Assembly (NCBI GenBank): GCA_036557205.1 | Contig: DATBIB010000125.1 | Location: 132,468-196,467, forward strand | Source: Ktedonobacterales bacterium | GTDB lineage: Bacteria; Chloroflexota; Ktedonobacteria; Ktedonobacterales; JADMIN01 | Direction: 5' to 3' | DNA: 64,000 nucleotides | Shown here: positions 57,814 through 64,000 of the stretch, piece by piece | How positions within the stretch are numbered: the stretch's first letter is position 1 | Layout of the letters: each line of letters opens with the position of its first letter | Notes under the pieces: generated by a model | Database searches by the model: none | Told to the model about the DNA's origin: nothing | Seen by the model: the letters and a program-made list of their open reading frames with translations, nothing else | Position numbers and translations under genes: made by a program

Positions 57814-58482
57814 ATGGGGACACTGAATCCAGAGACCGTAGACGCCCTCAACATGCTCTTGGAAGACGTGCGCGCCAGCATCGAGATCGAGGTGGCGCTC
57901 TCCAATGGCGCGACGGAGTTCCTCGAACGCGAGGCGCTATCCCAGATGGGTGTTGAAGATACCTTGCTAGCGTTCCTCCTGCACGACTGGCTCGATCTGC
58001 TCAATGTGCCGGTGACGCGCCGCATCAACGGCATCGTGTTGCAGGCGCTTGACCTGACCCGCTACGATGACCGGCTGCAACTGTTCGTCCATCACCAGCT
58101 CGCATCCTGCGACCAGGCGATACGTCTGCTGGACGATGGCGACTTGGGCGGTATGGATGGCGAAGGTCAGGCCATCTTGCGCGCGCTGGCCGATGCGCAT
58201 ACACGCCACGCGGCCTGGTGCGAGCAGCGCGCCAGAGAGTTCGCGGAGACGCGCCTGCTGGATTTCCGTCGGCCACCACACGATCCACACGACCTGCCCC
58301 CAGGCGGCGCGGAGAGCGATCCGCTGCCCGACATCTCTGGCGAACATAGTTCGCCGCGAAGGACTGCCCCCGTGTTGGCCGAACCGGGCATGGATAATAG
58401 CATGGATAATAGCATGGATAATGGCGTGGATAATGGCGTGGAGGACACCGCCGACGAGCGAGAAAGCCCACCGGTAGAGTGA
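57814..58482 (+). CDS. hypothetical helical protein with a C-terminal (M/V)DN(S/G) tandem repeat
   Basis: ATG 57814 follows GAGGGA. The product begins MGTLNPETVDALNMLLEDVRASIEIEVALSNGATEFLE.... The C-terminus MDNSMDNSMDNGVDNGVEDT is encoded by a 12-nt tandem repeat. Confidence 0.5.
   Translation: MGTLNPETVDALNMLLEDVRASIEIEVALSNGATEFLEREALSQMGVEDTLLAFLLHDWLDLLNVPVTRRINGIVLQALDLTRYDDRLQLFVHHQLASCDQAIRLLDDGDLGGMDGEGQAILRALADAHTRHAAWCEQRAREFAETRLLDFRRPPHDPHDLPPGGAESDPLPDISGEHSSPRRTAPVLAEPGMDNSMDNSMDNGVDNGVEDTADERESPPVE
58390..58437 (+). repeat. tandem 12-nt coding repeat, 4 units (ATGGATAATAGC x2, ATGGATAATGGC, GTGGATAATGGC), plus a degenerate fifth
   Basis: Read directly from the sequence. It is in frame with ORF 57814..58482. 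Confidence 0.85.
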
Positions 58483-58494
58483 TATATGGGCGCG

Positions 58495-58536
58495 GCCCTC
58501 TCCCCCTCCCCTTGGGGAGAGGGGAACCAGAACCAG
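58495..58536. repeat. G-rich hairpin repeat variant
   Basis: GCCCTCTCCCCCTCCCCTTGGGGAGAGGGGAACCAGAACCAG begins 12 nt after the stop at 58482. Confidence 0.85.
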
Positions 58537-58561
58537 AAACAGAATCAGGATGGAGCATCTG

Positions 58562-59485
58562 ATGCGTGTAGCAACATTTCGGAGCGGCGGCGATCAGCGG
58601 CTGGGTGTTGTGCGGGGCGATGAGATTGTCGATGTGGCGCTGGCGGCGGACCGTCTGGGCGTGGGCGACCTGGCGGGGGTGACCAGCGGCATGCTGGCGC
58701 TGATCGCGGGCGGCGCTGAGGCGCTCCAGGCGCTGGCGGATGTGGTCGAGCGCGCGCCAGATGAGACGGTCACACCACTCGCCGCCGTTGAGCTCCTCGC
58801 GCCGATTCCACGTCCGCGTAAGAATGTCTTCTGCGTTGGGCGGAACTATGCCGAGCATGCCGCCGAGTCGCTGCGCGCTATTGGGCAGGAAGTCAAGCTG
58901 CCGCCGTCGCCCAATATCTTCACGAAAGCGGTCACCGCCGTCACCGGACCACATAGCGATATCCCGTTCGACGCGGCGGTCAGCGAGCGGATCGACTGGG
59001 AGGTGGAGCTGGCGGTCATCGTCGGCGATGGCGGGCGGCGCATTGCGCGCGAGGACGGCCTGCGCCACGTCTGGGGCTATACAGTCCTCAACGATGTGAG
59101 CGCGCGCGACATCCAGAATCGTCCCGGCGCGCAGTGGTTTCTCGGCAAGAGCCTCGATGGCTCGTGTCCGATGGGGCCGTGGATTGTGACGGCGGACGAG
59201 CTGAGCAACCCGACGAATCTGCGGCTGCAATTGCTGGTGAATGGCGTCGTCAAGCAAGATGACACGACGGCGCATATGCTCTTCGATATCCCGACGCTGC
59301 TGGCGGAAATCTCGCACGGCACGACGCTGGAGCCGGGCGACATCATCGCGACGGGAACGCCCGCCGGGGTCGGTTTCGCGCGGACGCCGCCGGAGTTTCT
59401 GCGCCCCGGTGATGTGATGGAGTCGGTGATCGAGGGCATCGGCGCGCTCCGCAACCGTGTGACGGCTGTTGGCCAGCACCTGTGA
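58562..59485 (+). CDS. fumarylacetoacetate hydrolase (FAH) family protein
   Basis: MRVATFRSGGDQRLGVV..., KNVFCVGRNYAEHA, IDWEVELAVIVG, GYTVLNDVSARD, LGKSLDGSCPMGPW and GDIIATGTPAGVG are FAH-fold signatures. Confidence 0.9.
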   Translation: MRVATFRSGGDQRLGVVRGDEIVDVALAADRLGVGDLAGVTSGMLALIAGGAEALQALADVVERAPDETVTPLAAVELLAPIPRPRKNVFCVGRNYAEHAAESLRAIGQEVKLPPSPNIFTKAVTAVTGPHSDIPFDAAVSERIDWEVELAVIVGDGGRRIAREDGLRHVWGYTVLNDVSARDIQNRPGAQWFLGKSLDGSCPMGPWIVTADELSNPTNLRLQLLVNGVVKQDDTTAHMLFDIPTLLAEISHGTTLEPGDIIATGTPAGVGFARTPPEFLRPGDVMESVIEGIGALRNRVTAVGQHL

Positions 59486-59642
59486 GTGAGGATGTAACAT
59501 GGGGCGCCTGCCCATACTGTGAGACTATTGTGATTAGAAGCAGGCATCAGAACCAGCGGAATATCCCTCAGCTCTGGTATAATCCGGCATAATGCTGGTA
59601 CGGGCGTCATTCGCTCACCAAAGGTGTGAAGGGATTAGCCCA

Positions 59643-59966
59643 ATGTCCACCATGCAGCCACCTGTCACCACAGTGGAGCAATGCCCGCTGTATCAGTTGC
59701 TCGTCTCAGAGCGAGAAGCGCTCAATGCCGCGATGCTTCGTCTGGCAGATGGGGAGGCATCACGCTATGAGCCTCTCACCGCACGCTCTCGCGCCGCGGG
59801 CATGATTCAGTACAACATCTGTCGACGCCGCGCATATGGAAACCGCTTACGTCCCAACGATCTCTCGCGCATCGAAGAAGCAGTTGGTGGCATTGCCGAA
59901 AGCGAGCAGAGTGATATCCTCAACGCTCTCGCGGCCTGCCGCGCTGGTTGCAGGCTCACGCGCTAG
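59643..59966 (+). CDS. hypothetical protein (107 aa)
   Basis: ATG 59643 follows GAAGGGA. The product is MSTMQPPVTTVEQCPLYQLLVSEREALNAAMLRLADGEASRYEPL.... No family recognised. It is convergent with tnpB. Confidence 0.4.
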   Translation: MSTMQPPVTTVEQCPLYQLLVSEREALNAAMLRLADGEASRYEPLTARSRAAGMIQYNICRRRAYGNRLRPNDLSRIEEAVGGIAESEQSDILNALAACRAGCRLTR

Positions 59967-60190
59967 CGTCGTGTGCCGCTGCCCTTACCTTGTTTTAAGT
60001 CAGGTGTAGTAACCCACGACACGAGGCGCGACACTCTCAGTCCCGTGCGGGATAAGTTTCCGAGCGACTTCCGCAGAGTAGCCCGTCCCCGAAGGGACTC
60101 CGGCACTGCCGGTTGGTTGACCTGCTGACTCGCCGGGACAACGCGGATGCAGCCACGCATCGGGCTGCTCCGTGGCCCGTGTCCGGGCGA
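59967..60190 (-). ncRNA. candidate omega RNA (reRNA) scaffold/right end of the TnpB element
   Basis: This is the non-coding 3' flank of tnpB. It contains nested stems: GCCGGGACA (60131-60139) / TGTCCGGGC (60179-60187) with 8 of 9 bp, GATGC-AGCCAC-GCATC inside it, and GTCCC-CGAA-GGGAC (about 60085-60098). Exact ends are unknown. Confidence 0.4.
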
Positions 60191-61393
60191 CTACGACTTT
60201 CCAGTTCTTACGACCGGGCGCGGCTGTTCATTCCGCGCTCGAACCCTTACGGGACCGGGCCGTCGATACGTTATCTGATGGGGGAACGGAATCGGTTGGC
60301 CATATGCGATACGGTGCATATTGGCGCTGCCTACTACATCGCGATGTCCACAAAAGCCGCAGGAGAGCTCGCGGCAAACCCACTCACGCCCCTTGGGCTT
60401 CCGTTGCATTCGGCCACATACCGGACACCGACTGGAGGTTCCCCGCTCCGTTCCGGTGAAGCTCTCGATGTGGCGTTGTGCGCACTTATGAATTAGATAA
60501 TCGATATCTCTGCCATACTCCCACTGGGCCATACGCTGGCTGTGATGCCTGCCAGCCGGACGCCTGCGTACGCCATCGGGATTGCCGATGTAGACAGTTC
60601 CGACATGCTGCTCTACACAAAAGTTCACCACCTGCCGAATGCCTTTATGACGTAAGTCGCGCACCTGCCGCTCCGTGCGAGCGCTTACCTTGCGCCGAGC
60701 GCGTTGCAGCTTGCGCCACCGCTTGGACCCTTTCTTGCAGCGTGCTCGTTTTCGCGCAATCGTGCCAAGCGCCTGATTGCGGCGACGTTTGATCGAGCGG
60801 ATGCCACGACCGGAAACGACAAGCGCTACACCAGTGCTTGTCGTCACTGCAGCTTGGTGAATTTCACCGAGATCAATCGCTGCCCGTTCAGCGCCAGGCG
60901 GCTCCTCGTCTCGCGTCTGGGTAATGGCGACATGCAGTTCATAGCCGTCGTTCCAGGCGATAGTACAAGCGCCAGTGTCCGCGGGTAGATCAAGATGTAG
61001 CACAAGCGATTGGCGTCCGCGTCCCATAGGCAGCACGACGCGCCCGGGCTCGACGCTCACCGCCTGCGCGGGCCAATAAAGCGGATAGAAGCGCTTGTCC
61101 TTGTATGGATAGCGCAAACGCTTATTCTGATTGCGCGCCTGTTGGGTATTGTCGATATTCGTCAGGAATTTATGGCAGATCATCTGAACTGTCTGGCTGT
61201 ACAGCGCAAATTGCCCCTTTGTTGCTTGCTGCAAGTCATCCCGCCGTGGCCACGGAAGATGTTCCCGACGGGCGTGAAGATGCAGGTCGCGGCAGCGCAT
61301 CCAGACGCGGGCAGCCTCTACCTGCGCTTCGGTGAGGCGCTTGCGCAACTTCGAGGGCAGATGATCGAGCCGATAGATGCGAGTCGAGTCCAC
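60191..61393 (-). CDS. tnpB: TnpB (IS605 OrfB-type RNA-guided RuvC nuclease)
   Basis: 400 aa. RuvC-I is AAIDLGEIHQAAV, RuvC-II lies around VVNFCVEQHVGTVYIGNP, the zinc finger is CPVCGRMQRKPKGREWVCRELSCGFCGHRD, and RuvC-III is HRDVVGSANM. The start is GTG. Confidence 0.88.
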   Translation of the reverse strand: MDSTRIYRLDHLPSKLRKRLTEAQVEAARVWMRCRDLHLHARREHLPWPRRDDLQQATKGQFALYSQTVQMICHKFLTNIDNTQQARNQNKRLRYPYKDKRFYPLYWPAQAVSVEPGRVVLPMGRGRQSLVLHLDLPADTGACTIAWNDGYELHVAITQTRDEEPPGAERAAIDLGEIHQAAVTTSTGVALVVSGRGIRSIKRRRNQALGTIARKRARCKKGSKRWRKLQRARRKVSARTERQVRDLRHKGIRQVVNFCVEQHVGTVYIGNPDGVRRRPAGRHHSQRMAQWEYGRDIDYLIHKCAQRHIESFTGTERGTSSRCPVCGRMQRKPKGREWVCRELSCGFCGHRDVVGSANMHRIAYGQPIPFPHQITYRRPGPVRVRARNEQPRPVVRTGKS

Positions 61394-61471
61394 GAATCAC
61401 CCCTGCAATGCGGTTTTCACTATTGTAGATATGTGGGGATGAAAGAAAAAAGTGGAAATGGGGACAAGAAC

Positions 61472-61546
61472 TGGTGAGACGGGAGGGATTCGAACCCTCG
61501 ACCCAGGGCTTAAAAGGCCCCTGCTCTGCCACTGAGCTACCGTCCC
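61472..61546 (-). tRNA. tRNA-Lys (anticodon UUU), CCA encoded
   Basis: Reverse complement: GGGACGG TA GCTC AGTGGCA GAGC A GGGGC CTTTTAA GCCCT GGGTC GAGGG TTCGAAT CCCTC CCGTCTC A CCA. This is a 75-nt cloverleaf with a 7-bp acceptor stem (one G-U), a TTCGAAT T-loop and anticodon loop C-U-UUU-A-A. Confidence 0.93.
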
Positions 61547-61817
61547 GCACGCAATGGCGCACTGCGCACGCCCTGTAGCATAACACGCCGCCAGCCGGGC
61601 CGCAAGGCCAGCGCGCCACGTGCCGCGCAGCGCACCGCTCGCTCTCCACGCTGTGATACACTGAGACACTGGCCATAGACAGCACGCCAGCCATAATCGC
61701 GGAAAACGACCGTAACATATCCAACGCGGTAGCAGACAGTGCGTATACCATGTAGCCAGCATCTCGCAGAGAGCCAGAGCTTTCGCCCCACACATCACGC
61801 ACAAGGAGACGTACAGA

Positions 61818-62855
61818 ATGGGTTTCTTTGGACACTCACGAGACGGACAGAGCGGAGCCGCCGTGCCACCGGCACAGGATGTTGCCGCACTGGACGCCTA
61901 TTCGAAGAGCATTATTTCGGTTGTAGACGCTGTCGGCCAGGCCGTCGTACAGGTCGGCGTCACCAAGGTCGTGGGCTCCTCGCCATTTGGCGGCGGCCAA
62001 CTGGCCCAGGGCGCCGGGTCGGGCGTCATCTTCGCGCCCGACGGCTACATCCTGACGAATAGCCACGTCGTCGATGGCGCGCGCCAGGTGATGGTCACGC
62101 TGGCCGATGGGCATGACGTGCGCGGCGAGGTCGTCGGGCAGGATCCCGATACCGACGTCGCCGTCGTCCGCATCACAGCGCCTGATGGTATCAAGCTCCA
62201 GGCGGCCAAGCTCGGCGACTCCGACCGGCTCAGAGTAGGGCAACTGGTCGTCGCTATTGGCAGCCCGGTCGGCCTGCAAAGCACTGTCACCGCTGGCATC
62301 GTCAGCGCCCTCCACCGCACCCTGCCGGGCTACGGCGGGCAAATGATCGAAGATATCATCCAGACCGACGCCGCCGTCAACCCCGGCAACTCCGGCGGGC
62401 CGCTGGTAGACTCGTCGGGCGCGGTCATCGGCATCAACGTAGCCGTCGTCCAGCAGGCACAGGGTCTCTCGTTCGCCATTCCTATCAACACCGTCAACTG
62501 GGTCGCGTCACGCCTGATGAAAGACGGCGAGGTGCGCCGCCCCGTCCTGGGCGTCGTTGTCCAGTCTGGCATGCTGCCACAGTCGCTCCGCAATAAGTTC
62601 CACATCGCGAAAGAGATGGCCGTTCAGGTCGTGCAGGTGGCCAGCGGTGGCCCGGCGCAGCGCGCGGGTATCCAGCCGGGCGACATCATCTATAAGTTGG
62701 ACAACCATAGCATCGGCGCCGCAATGGACCTGCGCCACCAGCTGGAGCGGCTGAACGACGGCGCCGAGGTCCGCGTCGGCCTGATCCGGATCTCGAATAA
62801 TGGGCCACAGGAGGCCGAGGCGAAGGTCACCATTCGCGTCGCGTCACGACGCTAG
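61818..62855 (+). CDS. htrA: HtrA/DegP family serine protease (trypsin-like S1C + PDZ)
   Basis: GSGVIFAPDGYILTNSHVV (His), DTDVAVVRI (Asp), TDAAVNPGNSGGPLVD (Ser) and the PDZ segment VVQVASGGPAQRAGIQPGDIIYKLD. Confidence 0.9.
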   Translation: MGFFGHSRDGQSGAAVPPAQDVAALDAYSKSIISVVDAVGQAVVQVGVTKVVGSSPFGGGQLAQGAGSGVIFAPDGYILTNSHVVDGARQVMVTLADGHDVRGEVVGQDPDTDVAVVRITAPDGIKLQAAKLGDSDRLRVGQLVVAIGSPVGLQSTVTAGIVSALHRTLPGYGGQMIEDIIQTDAAVNPGNSGGPLVDSSGAVIGINVAVVQQAQGLSFAIPINTVNWVASRLMKDGEVRRPVLGVVVQSGMLPQSLRNKFHIAKEMAVQVVQVASGGPAQRAGIQPGDIIYKLDNHSIGAAMDLRHQLERLNDGAEVRVGLIRISNNGPQEAEAKVTIRVASRR

Positions 62856-62870
62856 CCCTCGAGAGAAGAA

Positions 62871-62987
62871 CCTCTCCCGGCCTTCGGCCACCCTCCCCTA
62901 GAAGGGGAGGGACCACGCGAACATAGCGACCACCTGGCGACACCTTTGGCTCCCCTCCCTTTTAGGGGAGGGGTTGGGGGAGAGGGC
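62871..62987. repeat. G-rich hairpin repeats: module B forward + module A reverse
   Basis: CCTCTCCCGGCCTTCGGCCACCCTCCCCTAGAAGGGGAGGGACC ... GGCTCCCCTCCCTTTTAGGGGAGGGGTTGGGGGAGAGGGC. It lies between convergent htrA (stop 62855) and the methyltransferase (stop 63018). Confidence 0.9.
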
Positions 62988-63017
62988 TGCCAACCGCAAT
63001 GCTTCACTGCTCGCTCG

Positions 63018-64000
63018 CTAGCCCTCGACGGCGATGTCATAGGTGAAGTGGCGGCGCGCCTGGCGATAGACCCCTGCCTGAAGCGGCGGCGGCTCCATGC
63101 CTGTCCCATGCGGCCACGCCGTGATGCGCCACTGCTCCAGCGGAACACGCCGGGTCGCCTGCCACTGTTCCGCCGCCTCCACAATCTGGCGCTCCGCCGC
63201 GCGCCCACCAAACGAGACCAGCATCGGCAGGCGCGCGGCGAAGATGCACAGCGACGGGCCATCCGCGCCCTCCGCGTAGACACCGAAACGAACCCGCGGG
63301 CGCGCAAACGAGCGACGATGCGCATCTGGGCCAATGACCACCAGCCGCAGCCCGCGCAGCCCCAGCCAATGTACCAGGCTGGGGTCGGAGTTGAAGTGCA
63401 GCTTTCGCCGTGGATGAGCGGCCAGAAGTGTCTTCACTGGCTCGGCTAGGCGCTCAGCCTCTTCGCTGCCCAGACTCAACCCATTGCCCAGCGCAACCCA
63501 CTGCATCGCGCTTTTCTCAGCGCCGCGCAGTCGCATAAAGCCGCAGGGCGCCAGCGACTCGCTGTAGAATGCCTCACCACGCTTGCGGAAGGCTACGCTG
63601 GCATCCGACATGCCCAGCCAGAGCGGCAGCGTCAGCAGTCCACCTTCGGCAAGCTGCTCGTACCACGCGGGCGTTATATCCGTCGCGCCGACCGTGAGCT
63701 CGATCCGGTCGTAGGGCGCGTCCTCCGGCCAGCCTGCCGCCCCATCCGCCGCAATCACGCGCACGCGGCCATACCCGGCGGCGTCCAGATACGCGCGCGC
63801 CTCAGCGGCGATCTCCTCACCAATGTCCACCGTGGTCACGTGGCCGGTCGGCCCGGCCAGCTCCGCCAGCAGCGCCGCGTTGTAGCCCGTGCCCGCGCCA
63901 ATCTCCAGCACGCGCATGCCTGGCTCGATGCCAAGCTGCTGGAGCATAATAGCGACGATAGCGGGCTGCGAGGCCGAGCTGATTGGCACGCCATCCTCCT
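63018..64000 (-). CDS. protein-L-isoaspartate O-methyltransferase-like SAM methyltransferase with a long C-terminal extension (5' end beyond the window)
   Basis: ISSASQPAIVAIMLQQLGIEPGMRVLEIGAGTGYNAALLAEL...VTTVDI...YDRIELTVGA is a PIMT/PCMT core. It is followed by about 190 aa of extra C-terminal sequence. The frame stays open to nt 64000. Confidence 0.8.
   Translation of the reverse strand, partial: EDGVPISSASQPAIVAIMLQQLGIEPGMRVLEIGAGTGYNAALLAELAGPTGHVTTVDIGEEIAAEARAYLDAAGYGRVRVIAADGAAGWPEDAPYDRIELTVGATDITPAWYEQLAEGGLLTLPLWLGMSDASVAFRKRGEAFYSESLAPCGFMRLRGAEKSAMQWVALGNGLSLGSEEAERLAEPVKTLLAAHPRRKLHFNSDPSLVHWLGLRGLRLVVIGPDAHRRSFARPRVRFGVYAEGADGPSLCIFAARLPMLVSFGGRAAERQIVEAAEQWQATRRVPLEQWRITAWPHGTGMEPPPLQAGVYRQARRHFTYDIAVEG

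Larger units (their letters stand above)
59967..61471 (-). mobile_element. IS200/IS605-family derivative carrying only tnpB (no tnpA); boundaries approximate
   Basis: The tnpB ORF has a roughly 225-nt structured 3' region and a roughly 78-nt 5' region, wedged between the stop of ORF 59643..59966 and the 3' end of tRNA-Lys. GC content looks lower by eye than in flanking genes. Confidence 0.6.

Noticed and set aside
57545-58449. Tandem repeats considered as a possible CRISPR array
   Set aside because: The units are 12 nt, directly abutting with no spacers, and one array is in-frame coding sequence. No cas genes are present. This is not a CRISPR array.
58025-59515. 496-aa minus-strand ORF antisense to the FAH hydrolase, and similar long antisense ORFs (25747..26751, 26815..27843, 46056..46925, 47040..48002, 55644..56321, 32305..32937, 5378..6001, 12381..13127)
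   Set aside because: Each lies opposite a gene with strong family motifs. All have an Arg/Ala/Gly/Pro-heavy composition and lack RBS-like sequences. They are treated as non-coding.

Overview
This is a high-GC bacterial chromosomal segment, densely coding on both strands and mostly housekeeping. Recognised genes include secA, dinB, deoB, ddl, rpmI-rplT, a TrmH-like methyltransferase, T-box-pheS, hom-like, pheT, a YvcK-like gene, serA with a class V aminotransferase, and rpmF-fabD-asp23-nusB-acpP. Further along are ispH, a NarL-type kinase/regulator pair with an ECF sigma factor, an NRAMP transporter, an aquaporin, Mrp/ApbC, fdhD, an FAH-family hydrolase, htrA and one tRNA-Lys(UUU). Gene content and the G-rich hairpin repeats suggest Chloroflexota (Ktedonobacteria-like), but that is inference only. 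I found no rRNA, no CRISPR array and no clear multi-gene novel system. The most unusual signals are listed here. (1) A family of CCCCTCCCC/GGGGAGGGG hairpin repeats occurs at 12 loci; nearly all intergenic copies sit within about 15 nt of a stop codon, and two copies lie in frame inside genes (a PrimPol gene and essential pheT). (2) A solitary PrimPol + RecA-like ATPase gene sits behind a promoter overlapped by a perfect AGAAC-N4-GTTCT (LexA/Cheo-like) palindrome. (3) A solo TnpB (IS605-family) element with a structured 3' tail lies next to tRNA-Lys. (4) An orphan protein resembles an XPB helicase partner. (5) A sensor kinase is split by an apparent 1-nt frameshift. (6) A three-segment alternative-pairing RNA element precedes a CPBP protease gene. 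Many long ORFs in the supplied track are antisense artefacts of high GC. Coordinates of non-ORF features were counted by hand and cross-checked against ORF frames, so expect +/-1-2 nt.
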